DNA from: Octopus bimaculoides
Taxonomy: Eukaryota
Assembly: GCF_001194135.2 (NCBI RefSeq)
Contig: NC_068998.1
Coordinates: forward strand, 23,487,755 to 23,551,754
Length of the DNA stretch: 64,000 nucleotides
Direction: 5' to 3'
Position 1 is the stretch's first letter. Each line of letters starts with the position of its first letter. The notes below the pieces were generated by a model. It was not told where the DNA came from. It ran no database searches and saw only the letters and a program-made list of their open reading frames with translations. Shown here one piece after another: positions 26,966-39,479 of this stretch. Position numbers and translations under genes: made by a program.

Positions 26966-27180
26966 TACAGGATGTCCACAAAGTTTGGATACATAGAGTA
27001 AATAAAATCATAACATAAACAATTAAATATGAGAAATAATTTCTTAAAGGATGTGTTAATCCCCATGTGGACACATGGAGTAAATAAAGTCATGATATAA
27101 ACAATTAAAAATATAAGAAATAATAATTTCTTAAAGTATGTGTTAATCCCCATGTATTCAGACTTTGTGGACATCCTGTA
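26966..27180. mobile_element. Tc1/mariner MITE with TA target duplication
   Basis: TA-CAGGATGTCCACAAAGTTTGGATACAT and ATGTATTCAGACTTTGTGGACATCCTG-TA; interior is a tandem duplication of about 80 bp. Confidence 0.9.
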
Positions 27181-28824
27181 TTTTAAATATAGTGAGATAA
27201 GACATGAATTGTCGCCACACTTATTTCACGGAAAATCTTTCTAGTCCCATAGCAATAGAGAGTAATAGTTTAGTACGGTAGTAATACCTGAGATTGGAAT
27301 CATATTTATATATTTACCACATAGGAAATAAAATCGAAATGTGAAAATGCTAAAAGTTGTTCATCATTGTATATTATTTGTGAATGTATTTTGGAAGCAT
27401 TTCTCTAACTTCAGCCAAACCGAACACTAGTCAGCCTTATGAAAGAGATTCTCTCGATTTGTTCCAAGTCCATTTTACATCTGTGAGGAATATATCGAAA
27501 CGTTTTTATGCTGCTGAGGATTTTATAATCTCACATGTGAAGTTGATTTTCGTATCCAAATGAAATACACCCATATTTTGTCTTCCTTTGATTCAAATTA
27601 AAATTCCATATTTTGACATATTGAACCTCTCCAGATTTGAATTCCAATTTCACATTGCGAACATTCTCGTAAAAGCTTACAATTTTATTAAATGTTTGGA
27701 AATGCTGTTGTCATAATTTCAAAATATTCGTCAGATACACAAACCAGAATATAACAAAAGTTGGTATTAAAATTCCTACACCTAAGTTATTGAAAGCCAT
27801 CACAAAATGGACTAAATAATTCTTAAAAATAAGTATCAAAATCTAAAACAGTGGATACATGTTCCTGATGTATGCTATGAACGTCCTATTAATTATTGTT
27901 TTTATTTTAGCGATAAATTTCTTTCGTTTCATCACAATTATGGTGAAGTGTTTTTTCAAAAACATTTCAACACCCTTTTCTACATAGTACTGCTACTTAT
28001 AAAAAGGAAAACTAAGAAAGTTTTAATTAGAAAATTGTGTTTCATTGAATCCAGTAAAAAGAAGTGAAATTAAATAATTCCTTCGATGTGTGAAATATAA
28101 ATCATGAAATGCAGCAATTAATAATTTCTTTGCAGCATAATGGTAATAGTCAAATGGAAGCGATAGAGCGTAGACGACTAGATTCATTGCAGCATGTGAT
28201 GATTTTTGAATTGGTAAGAGGAAAATTGGCCTGCCCCAATATAATTTGAACACATATTTTAAAGGTATGAGAATGAGTTTGCGTACACATATACACACAC
28301 ACACATATATATATGTGTGTTTGTGTGTGTACATGTGTGCATGTGGATATTTGTGTATGTATGAATACGTACATACATATATATTTGTGTGTGTATGCGC
28401 ATGAACGTATACATGTTTGTGTGAGTGTGTACGTATGTAGACATTGTGAACGCAGGAGGTTTATGTCTATGTACTGTGAGACTGCGGTTGCGTGTATGTT
28501 TCTCGTTGTTATTTTTCTACCAATTAGAGTAACTCCCCTTTTATTCAACGGTTTTTCATAACGTCTGTTGCCATTAATAGCCGATTAGAATATATCGAAG
28601 CTCTTCGCTCCGACATTCAAACTCCGAGTACTATAATAACAAACTTTTACTCTTCGTTCTAAATTATAATATATATAAATAATCGTCTACTTTTTTTTTC
28701 TAATATCGAGGTCTCATTCTTTTGTTGTTACTTTTTATTATTATATACACGTTTCCTCCATTTCGCCAATGTGTACAAGTGATTTAGTGTGGTTCTTGAG
28801 CCGTTTTAACAATGATGTGTACTA

Positions 28825-29772
28825 TCTGTTTCAGTATTGTGTGTAGAGAATGTTACTAAGCTTGAAATTATATGAACGAAGGGAAAACAGGATTTCGTGG
28901 TCTACTGTTCCATGCATCTATCTAGGAACATACTAATGGTTAATTTAGAATTTTTAATTTCTATCTATCTATCTATATAAATATATTTATATAAGGGGCA
29001 TTACTACAGAATAATAATGCCACGCACTGGACTTCTCAAAATAAAACAACACGTTTTTTAGTACCGAATGCGTGCTGAAGATGTATACAGATAAACTTCA
29101 TTCCCTTTGCTTTACGGAAGGTGTTCGTTTTTGGTAAGGTGAGAATTCTGTTTATTTGTATATGTTTTTCATAAACAATACNNNNNNNNNNNNNNNNNNN
29201 NNNNNNNNNNNNNNNNNNNNNNNNNNNNNNNNNNNNNNNNNNNNNNNNNNNNNNNNNNNNNNNNNNNNNNNNNNNNNNNNNNNNNNNNNNNNNNNNNNNN
29301 NNNNNNNNNNNNNNNNNNNNNNNNNNNNNNNNNNNNNNNNNNNNNNNNNNNNNNNNNNNNNNNNNNNNNNNNNNNNNNNNNNNNNNNNNNNNNNNNNNNN
29401 NNNNNNNNNNNNNNNNNNNNNNNNNNNNNNNNNNNNNNNNNNNNNNNNNNNNNNNNNNNNNNNNNNNNNNNNNNNNNNNNNNNNNNNNNNNNNNNNNNNN
29501 NNNNNNNNNNNNNNNNNNNNNNNNNNNNNNNNNNNNNNNNNNNNNNNNNNNNNNNNNNNNNNNNNNNNNNNNNNNNNNNNNNNNNNNNNNNNNNNNNNNN
29601 NNNNNNNNNNNNNNNNNNNNNNNNNNNNNNNNNNNNNNNNNNNNNNNNNNNNNNNNNNNNNNNNNNNNNNNNNNNNNNNNNNNNNNNNNNNNNNNNNNNN
29701 NNNNNNNNNNNNNNNNNNNNNNNNNNNNNNNNNNNNNNNNNNNNNNNNNNNNNNNNNNNNNNNNNNNNNNNN

Positions 29773-29807
<35 letters not shown>

Positions 29808-30335
29808 CGTGTATGTACATACATACATGAATTTGTTATCAATTTCATATAGCATGGAGTGTATGATATTTTTTAATTATGCTATTTGTCTTTTGTTCTA
29901 CCTCTTGGTTAAACATAGGTTCTTTGATCCAGATTATTTATGAAGAGGAGCGCCTCCTTTCTAGCCATGGTATATTCTTTGCCTCCTAAACACATTTCGG
30001 GCAACATTAGACCATAAAAAATGCGTTTGAAATGGTGTTGCCCGGTCTGAAAGAGATATTTTACGATTTGTAACTACTGGAAAGTACAAGCATCAGATCC
30101 TTGGGATAAATAGATAGATAGGTAGGTTATAGTGTGGTACAGACAACTCTTCTTCTTCAGCCTTACCAGGGCATAATTGAACATTGAAAAGGCTTCTACA
30201 AAATATATTCCTTCTACATGATACATAAAACTGTTAGATATATTGTTTCAGTGTAGTGTGTAGAGAATGTTATTAAGCTTGTTCTACTGTTCCATGTATA
30301 TATCTAGGAACACACTAATGGGTAATTTTGTATTT
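28825..30335 (+). repeat. Local direct duplication (about 28825-28950 and 30244-30335)
   Basis: tgtttcagt..gtgtgtagagaatgtta(c/t)taagcttg..tctactgttccatg..tatctaggaaca..ctaatgg in both copies; about 35 nt extra in copy 1. Confidence 0.85.
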
Positions 30336-30618
30336 GATATTTTATCATCGCATCTCCTTGCATTTATAATTTCTACGTTATGCCCCTGTCTCCTCTCCTA
30401 CCTCTCTCTCTCTCTCTCTTTCTCTGTCTCTCTCTCTGTCTCTCTCTCTCTCTCTCTCACTTCCTTGTATTGGTTTGATTTAAATTCTCACGTCCGTATG
30501 AAGCTGCTTTTAGCCGTGTATCATACGCAGCCGTATTTGCTCTCCGATATACTTCCCTGCAGTATTTGTTCAGTATCTTCACGTTCAGTGTTCAAGCACT
30601 CAAGTGCTGGATTTGATT

Positions 30619-30662
<44 letters not shown>

Positions 30663-30741
30663 CATGTATGTATGTATATATTAAAACAACACTTGAGTGT
30701 TATACTCCGACTGTACTCCCTGTTTGACGATGTGTAAGATG

Positions 30742-30945
30742 TTGGCGAGCGGGCAGACGTATTAGCATATTCAACAAAATCCATACCACAGTTCTTCTGA
30801 CTCTTTACGCTCTTAGATAAAATTCAGCCTTGTATATCATTCATTTCATGTATCGATTCGATAAAGTAAAGTACTAGTTCAGCAGAGAATTCCGTTCAAC
30901 CGACTTAATCCCTCCTATAAAGTCGCTGGCCTTGTGCCAAACTTC
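30742..30945 (+). mobile_element. SINE family 1, highly degenerate
   Basis: ggcgagcgggcagacgtattagca head; cgacttaatccctcc..gctggccttgtgccaaa tail. Confidence 0.6.
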
Positions 30946-30964
30946 GACATTATCATTTTTATTT

Positions 30965-33362
30965 ATCACAAGCCTTGTTGGAACTCCTGGAATCTTTCAT
31001 GTGTTGCGAGCTTGCTGCCTGCAGCCTGCAATACCATGATATCCGTTCTTTTCAGCTGTTTAATACTTTCCTGCTTATTCTGGCCGTGCCAATGATGCAA
31101 ACTGTTCTACTGGATACTCCATTCCAGTCCCCTTGATATTCTACCTGATGCGTTCTGATATTGTTCCCAAAGACTCAAACAACAATTGGCACTGTCTTCA
31201 ACTTCATTTTCCGTAGCGGGGCTATTTCGTAATCGAGAGGGTTGTATTTATCTAACATATCGCTTCCTTCTTGAATATTCATGGGTAAAAATTGCATACA
31301 ACATCAACCATGTAGCATATGTGATGCACCTTGGCCACACTCACTACATCTGGACTGTTATGCTCTATCACCTGATCTGTTTGGATTGGTTAAGCACAGA
31401 CGATTTCCCTAGCCTTCGACTCCGCCTCACTCCGCGTTTTGGGCTCATACCACGTCTTGCCTCTCTCTAACCCTCACTTTTTATAGTCTCCAAATGTAGC
31501 ACTTTCAGTACCTAATCATGTCACCACAACTTGTACAGGTTTTGAGCAAATCTAGGGTGTTCTTGATGATATGAGCAATGGTTTCATCCACTCTATTCCA
31601 GATGCGGCACAGCGGAGAAACTTGGCACTACGTTCAGGTTCTTCATTTTCCATAGCCGGATATTTCGTACTTAAGAGTGTTGTATTTCTATATCTTCACA
31701 CCTTCTTTTTTTAATTATTCGTGGGTGAAACCTTACACGCAACATCGATTTTATATCATATGTGGTGTACATTCTCCAACACCACTAAGTCCGATCCCTC
31801 ATGCTCAAGCACATTGTTCGGATTGGTTTGGATTGAGTAATCCCAGAGTATTTTGCTAGTCCCGGACTCTAGACCCCACTTTTCGCACAGTTTTCAATAT
31901 AGTACTTTCGGAAATTGGTCGTATTATCACAACATCTAGTGGTCAATGGCATTCGTTCGTGATATTGTCAACGGTTTCATCCACGCTATTGCAGATGCGG
32001 TAGAGCGGAGACACTTGCTCATTTCTCAGGTTGACTCTCCAATCCGTGGCCAAATGTGGTCTTACACTGCCATTATAGTGCTGCCGATCTCTTTTATTAA
32101 GTTTCCTTTCATCAACCACTCCCACATGCTCTTTCGAGCCACTTCTTTTGTGGCTACATGGAACTCATTGTGTAGTCCTTTTTTGCGTAGTTCTTCTTCG
32201 TGTACTTATTGTACTTCTTCCTTTGTTTTCTCACTTTTCTTTGCACCCATCACTCCCCTGTTCCTATCTGTCAGTAGCAAGGGCTAGTGACAGATTTTGG
32301 GCGAGGTATCTTATCAAACTCTCGTGTTCGATACGCATACAGTCTTTCACACTTATCAGTCCTCTTCCTCCATTTGCTTCCTTCATGTATAGGCAATTAG
32401 TGTCTGCGCGTGGTTGATGAACTCCATGCATCGTTAGGAGATTTCTTGACTTACTGTCCATCTCCTTTAGCTCCTCCTGTGTCCAACTCTAAGATTCCAG
32501 CGCCATACCAATCTACTGCGACTGTGCCCGAGTTTATTGCCTAAATTATGTTTCTGGCATTCAGCTTTGAAGCTACTATTTTTCTCTATTTTATCTTTTA
32601 CTTCATGACGTGGTGTCTGACTCCATCTGCCTCTAGTATTCCTAGGTATTTATAACTGGACAGATGTTGAACGGCATTCAACATTTCAACACATGGGAAC
32701 CATATGCCTTCTGTCCTAGCAAGCTTACCTCGGCTTATCACCATCGGAGCAAATTTTGAGAGTCAAACATTTTGAGAGTCAAAAACCATCTTAATATCAT
32801 AGGAGAAAATCCGCACACACTGGACTAGGGTCTCCAGTTCTGCATCAGGTTTCATGAATAGCTTCATGTTGTTCATAAATAGCAAAAGGTTCCGTCTTCC
32901 CTTACCTCTTTCTAGAACATACCCCAACTTTCTTTCTGTACTATTTCACTCAAGGGGATAATTCCAAGAACGGCTATCAGTAGGGATACACTGTTCGCCT
33001 GGTAGATTCCTCTCTTGATTTTTTGCCTCTCCTAGTACTTACTTAGCTGCTGTCAATACCGTTTCCGGCATTTCCTACAGTTCCATATAAGGCTTCTCAT
33101 ATTTTCTTCTCCATACATTGACATTGTTCTTATTATCCAAGAGTGTGTGTGGTATCACGTCGTATCCTTTGCGATTTTCAATCCATACCAAGCTTAGGTT
33201 TGTATGTCTTCTCTTGCAGTTCCTGATCATTAGATTATTAATCAAGAACTGTTCCTTCGTTCCCTCAACTCCTTTTTTGGCACCCTTTCTGTTAAATATC
33301 TAACAGCTCACTTTTTTCATATATCTGTATAGCTTACTGACCAAAGCACCTGACATTAGTTT
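30965..33362 (-). mobile_element. R4/Dong-like non-LTR retrotransposon, 5'-truncated, with duplicated ZnF-RLE block
   Basis: Minus-strand VWIENRKGYD, LLFMNNMKLF (FMDDLKLY motif), LLTMHGVHQPRADTNCLYMKEANGGRGLISVKDC, then ZnF plus KILWDYSIQT/RLE twice. Confidence 0.85.
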
Positions 33363-33369
33363 CCTCACA

Positions 33370-33420
<51 letters not shown>
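33370..33420. repeat. (CTA)n microsatellite
   Basis: Directly visible. Confidence 0.95.
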
Positions 33421-33464
33421 GGTAGAATTGGTAACATAATGTGAGTTTAAATCTGTCGAGGTCA

Positions 33465-33652
33465 ATGTGAGCTGGCAGGTACGTTAGCATGCCGGGAAAA
33501 ATGTCCTGATTTGATGTTTCGCCGGGTTCAACTTTTCCTCTACTCCTTTCGGGGCCGATACATTAAGTGCCTTTCAATTACTGGAATCGATATAATCGAC
33601 TGGTTTACTCCCCTCAAATTCCACGCCTTGGTTTTAGTAGAAAGGATTACTA
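33465..33652 (+). mobile_element. SINE family 1, degenerate
   Basis: gtgagctggcaggtacgttagcatgccgg head; cctttcggggccgatacattaagtgc core. Confidence 0.7.
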
Positions 33653-34408
33653 TTATCCTTGATGTTGTTGTTAGTGTTGTAGTAATCGCTGTTTATGTTG
33701 TTGTTGTTGTTATTGCTGGTGTTGTTAATTTGGTTCTTTTTATTATTGTTATTTTTTGATTTTTCAGGATTCAGTTTTGATGATTTAGTTTTTCTTTACA
33801 AGTTACTGTTGAAGCGAATGTTGTTACCAAAATTAATAGCATACAGTTCGATTCTTAATTTTCCGATGTTTTGAGCATCATCTGTCTACAAGAGTTGACG
33901 AAAGAAAGAAAAAAGTGTATCCTGCTTCTATTTGTGGAAAAATTTTATATTTCATTTTGAGTTAACAACATAAAATTGCCAGTCATTATTTTATGGCACG
34001 CTCACAAGAATAAAAGTGAAATTGAACATGATAATACATTTTACATACCGAAAAACAAAGCAAAGACTTATTCTGTATTTACTGCAACGCAAAGTGTTGA
34101 TAGTGACAGCAAATATATAACACAAACATGATCATTTATATTCAAACACCGACTTTAAAAATATCGCATGAAAAATCTTGCCGACAATAGAAGTATATAA
34201 ACACAGTACTTCAAAAGTAAATGCAAATAACAAATATAGAAAAAAGGAAATGCTGTATTTTGCAAATGCTTTTTTCAAACAAAAAACAGACTTACACGTG
34301 AAACTCAGAGTAGGAAGGGAATCGCTCGACCAAAATAAAATGTGTTATTAATATCTGTGGTATTGAATATTCGTCTTTCCGACATTCGACACTAAACTGA
34401 TGAACACA

Positions 34409-34464
<56 letters not shown>

Positions 34465-35049
34465 NNNNNNNNNNNNNNNNNNNNNNNNNNNNNNNNNNNN
34501 NNNNNNNNNNNNNNNNNNNNNNNNNNNNNNNNNNNNNNNNNNNNNNNNNNNNNNNNNNNNNNNNNNNNNNNNNNNNNNNNNNNNNNNNNNNNNNNNNNNN
34601 NNNNNNNNNNNNNNNNNNNNNNNNNNNNNNNNNNNNNNNNNNNNNNNNNNNNNNNNNNNNNNNNNNNNNNNNNNNNNNNNNNNNNNNNNNNNNNNNNNNN
34701 NNNNNNNNNNNNNNNNNNNNNNNNNNNNNNNNNNNNNNNNNNNNNNNNNNNNNNNNNNNNNNNNNNNNNNNNNNNNNNNNNNNNNNNNNNNNNNNNNNNN
34801 NNNNNNNNNNNNNNNNNNNNNNNNNNNNNNNNNNNNNNNNNNNNNNNNNNNNNNNNNNNNNNNNNNNNNNNNNNNNNNNNNNNNNNNNNNATATATACAT
34901 GGTTACACAGATACACACAAGTATTTATATACACGTATATATAAAGTTACTGTTGACTTCGTAAGAAATTATAAAATTTCGAGAGAACGTGGAAAGAAGT
35001 TTTAGTTGTTGAGGGGGAGGTAGGTACAAGACTGAAATGGAATGAGGAA

Positions 35050-35430
35050 AAGGGTCTACAGTGCTTGTTCAAAGTTTGAAAGAGAGAATTAAGCAGAAGA
35101 TCAAAAGATGGCTTAGAAAGGGTGAAGATGTCTGTGATTTGTGGGAGGAAATGTTTGAGTCATGTAGGCCTAGTCAGCCACGAGAGAACACAAAGGAATC
35201 GACATCTTGTAAATTGTGTTACGGTTATTTTCACAGCAGAACATGTGCAAACTTTGGAAAGGTGTGCCTCTCATGTGGAAGATTAAAGAAGCATATCAAA
35301 AGACTTCATACTGTTGCACCTCTTCCCTCTGTCACCCAGCACATCTGTGTATTATGCAATATCATGTAAAAATCCTTGGTGGGAATCCGGAGTCTTATAA
35401 GGACCTCATATAGTTGAATCAATGACAGAT
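35050..35430 (+). mobile_element. Probable LINE (RTE-like) 3' end with two decayed C2H2-like fingers
   Basis: CANFGKVCLSCGRLKKHIKRLH and ICVLCNIM*KSLVGIRSLIRT; no TGEKP linkers. Confidence 0.5.
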
Positions 35431-35879
35431 TTCAATGATTTTATCTAGCAATGGCCTCGCTCATATACAGGAAAGCAGCTACTCTTTCTCTCCCTCTTCT
35501 CTCTCTCTCACACTTCCCTCTCTCTACCTCTTCTCTCTCTCTCCCACTTCCCTCTCTCTACCTCTACTCTCTCTCTCTCTCTCCATATATCTATCTATCT
35601 ATTTATCTATCTATCGATCTATATATATATATATATATATATACTCACATATACACACGTATATATATACAATTATTGTTGACATCGTAAGACATGGTCA
35701 GCTTTCAAAAGACCGTGGGGTTGTAGTCCTACGCTGAGCCTTCGTCTTTTCCTATCAGAAAATGTTTTTTCAACCAAATAATATGTTAGTACGTGTATGT
35801 TTATATAGAACTCGAGAACCAGTTCAAATGATAAAGCTCAGCGTGTGTGTATATGTGTGTGGAAGTGTGTGTGTCTTTC

Positions 35880-36190
35880 ATACTTTTACTTGTTACTTGT
35901 TTCAGTCATTTCACTGCGACAATGATGGAGCAACGTGTTGAGGTATTTTTGTCGAACGAACCGACAAATGTCTAGTAATTCTTAGTCGGTCTCTTTTTAC
36001 TTTCGTAACTGCTAAGGTACAAGATGTGGATTACCCAACACCAGTTGCCAGGTGGTGTCAGAAGTCTAAAACAGACACACACACCTACTCAGAAAACTTC
36101 TTTCAGTTTCCGTGAAATCTACTCCGAAGACTTGCCTTAGACGCCCCTCACTGGGACTGAACCTGCAAGCGAATGCGAAAAGAGAAATCT
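35880..36190 (-). mobile_element. SINE family 2, degenerate, runs into a gap
   Basis: tacttgtttcagtcatttcactgcg 3' module and cttctttcagtttccg body. Confidence 0.7.
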
Positions 36191-36280
36191 TCGCATNNNN
36201 NNNNNNNNNNNNNNNNNNNNNNNNNNNNNNNNNNNNNCACACAGACACACACACGCACACACGGACACACATATAAGATT

Positions 36281-36593
36281 CGTTTAAGGATGTTGAACGA
36301 AACACCCATGCTTCCAGAGGTAAATTATTCAAAGTCCCAAACATTCCTCTCAACACATGGCGATGATGTTCCCCCATTACTTCTGCTCGTGATTAGTGAT
36401 GCGCATATCAGGCACTAAAGGACATGCTCAACTGGTCAAGATCAAGTAACTGACAAACAAAGCAGTGGTATTGAGTAGAATATTTGCTGTAGCACATCTT
36501 TTATACCAAGAGAAACCATGTACATAATACTTCCAATGAGTTAAGATTAGAAGTCATGAGAGTCACTGTCTGGTACTGTATCAAGGCATTTAC

Positions 36594-36678
<85 letters not shown>

Positions 36679-37172
36679 ATTATTATTATTATTATCATTA
36701 TTATTATTGAATGAGAGAGCAGTGCTTGCCATCAAAGTGACACTGGGTTACAAATATTCGAAGCCCAGAATACCCATCAATGCTACACGTCTGATAAAGG
36801 TATACCAAATATATGCATCACAACCATATTTGCGAAGCAAGGTGATTTCATATCAATACAAATAGCTTATGACCTTGCATGTAGGGGCCAGTAAGAATTT
36901 CCATTAGGTCGAGGAACCTATCCCGATCAAAAGGTTCCTGAACAATAATTATTTAAGGATGTTGAAAGAAACAGCCATGTTTCCAGAGGTGAATTATTCA
37001 AACCTCGAAGAATTACTCTCAACACATGGCTTTGATGCTGCCCCAATACTTGTGCTCGTGATCAGACATACATATATCGTCAGCCACCAATGGGACATGC
37101 TCAACTGTTTATGTCAAAAATCTGACAAGCAAATCTTTAGTATTGAGCAGGATATTAGCTGTAGCCCATCAT
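36281..37172. mobile_element. Two tandem copies of a non-coding repeat separated by (ATT)n
   Basis: 36281-36592 and 36709-37172 share tttaaggatgttgaa..ccatg.ttccagagg..aattattcaaa..ctctcaacacatggc..ggacatgctcaactg; array at 36593-36708. Confidence 0.8.
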
Positions 37173-37182
37173 TATTATTTTT

Positions 37183-37249
<67 letters not shown>

Positions 37250-37253
37250 GCTG

Positions 37254-37303
<50 letters not shown>
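37183..37303. repeat. (TAC)n microsatellite
   Basis: Directly visible. Confidence 0.95.
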
Positions 37304-37304
<1 letters not shown>

Positions 37305-38179
37305 TGTGATATGTGTTGAGGCTCGGAACTCGACTGAATATTTGAAATACATCAATTCTAGTTGCACAGTTATCGTATTTTTGTGTTTCTGTTTATCTTT
37401 CATTACTTCACAAACTTCAATCTATGATATTCAATTTTTACTGTAATACTACATAAATGTCACTTGAACAGAATTAATTACATATATTGCATCTAAAAAT
37501 CGCCCTCATATAACATGTAAACACAAAATTTATGAGGTGTTTAAAAGCATTGTGCTATAATAACGTTATATAAGCAGAGAAGAAAACTTAGCCATAAATG
37601 GAAATTATGACGGTTTACTAATATACTTATCTTTAAATATTCGACAATAAAATTTGGTTTCAAAAACAAAAGTTTTTAATCAACTACTTTTATAGTATGT
37701 GCCTTTTATATCATTACACCACAATGCATCAAAGCTACACATAAATAACCAGACTACATATTACATGAAGCCAATATTTCGAAGTAATATCATTAGTTAA
37801 TTATTTCATTCAACTGACAATTGTTAATATCATTGAAAATGTTAGAATATCATAGGTTGCATTTATTCAAATAAACAACTGTAAGGAATAATACAAGTGA
37901 ATGAACACCGTTTTGCTATGGCTCCTTTATTTCATAGTTGAGTCGTTCCCCTGTTTTCGATATGATAAAAGTTTTTAAAACATTTTGGAAATTTACTTTC
38001 TTGGTGAGGATTTGAGCATGTTTCTTTACCTAACTATATACATACATACACGCATACGTATATACTTACATACGTACATGCATACATACATATACATAAA
38101 CACATTGCCTGTCTTTCCATATCTGGTCAGTTTAGTGCGACTGACGGATGTCTACCCTGCGCTCGAAAAACAAAGAGTC

Positions 38180-38405
38180 TTTTATTTATAAAATCTGAAC
38201 GGAACTTAAACATTTCATGTTGGAATGTGCGCACTCTGTTGGACAACAAAAGTGATTGTAGGCCTGTAAGACGCATTGCACTTGTTGCTCGTGAGCTGAA
38301 ACGTTATAGAATTGATATAGCTGCACTCTCAGAGACTCGTATAGAAGGTGATGGTCAGCTTGAGGAAGTAGGAGGTGGATACACCTCTTTTTTTGGAAAG
38401 GAAGG
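38180..38405 (+). mobile_element. RTE-clade LINE fragment: N-terminus of the apurinic-type endonuclease
   Basis: NISCWNVRTLLDNKSDCRPVRRIALVARELKRYRIDIAALSETRIEGDGQLEEVGGGYT matches the WNVRTL..DIAALSETR signature. Confidence 0.9.
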
Positions 38406-38440
38406 CAGAAGCAGGGGCGCGGAGAAGGAGGTGTATTTGC

Positions 38441-38489
<49 letters not shown>

Positions 38490-38573
38490 GGGGGGGTGTA
38501 TGTCTGCGTATATGTACGTATTTAGGTAGGTAGGTAAATATGCGTATAATATATTTACAAATACGCGCATTTG

Positions 38574-38605
<32 letters not shown>

Positions 38606-39479
38606 AACCAAGAATAACAGGAAAACAACAAAACACACGAAGACATACACAGTGACTATATAAGACTGACTCTCAAAGAAAGTTTAAGATGAAAAAAAGC
38701 GGGGTATGTCGTTTCGAGCGTAGCTGTTCATTAGACACAGATAAGAATAAAAAGTACGGAGAAAACCACGTGCATTGTTACATGGCTGAAAAGTAACTGA
38801 CCGCAAGTGGAGAAATATAAAGAAAGCGTTTTTGAAGGCAGGAGTGTGCGAAAATGGCCTGTGCTTTCTTGCATGGAAGTATCTCAGGGTGTGTCCGGTT
38901 ATGCTTTCGTGAGTGATACATGTCTAGAAGTGTGAAGCAAGAAGCAAGCAGGTTAGCAGCAGTATTTAGATGTTGTGATCGAGAGGTGAGGTGACATGTG
39001 GCTGAGTGCACTGATGTTGCTGTGTGTATGTATATTTTTTATGTGTGGATATATGTGTGAGTGCGTGTGTACGTGTGTGCTTGTATATGTATGCCTTTCT
39101 ATTAGCGTGTACATTTGCATGTGTGTGCGTGTGTATGTCGGTGTAAGTGAAGAGATTTTTACATGCTAGTATACAGAAATGTATGTGTGAGTCTGAGAGA
39201 GATATGTATGCAATATGTGACATGAGATGTGAGTCATGTATATGGCTGTTTGGAAGTTTGTGGAAGATAAATTGAATATGAAAAATATTAAATTAAAAGC
39301 GAAAAAAAAATTAATTTTCATATTTCAAAATTTAAAAAAATTAATCTAATTCAAAATGTGAATTAATTTTTTTTCAAATAAATGGAATTAAACTGAAAAT
39401 GTTAAGTTGAAACAATTAATTTCAACAAGTGAAATATTAAAAAGTACAAGATAAAATAACATAAAGCGAAAGGAATGCG

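Noticed and set aside
27414-27845. About 144 minus-strand codons broken only by TGA (possible NUMT, readthrough or edited stops)
   Set aside because: No mitochondrial or other protein recognised; a rough estimate for AT-rich DNA gives about one such stretch by chance in six frames of 64 kb.
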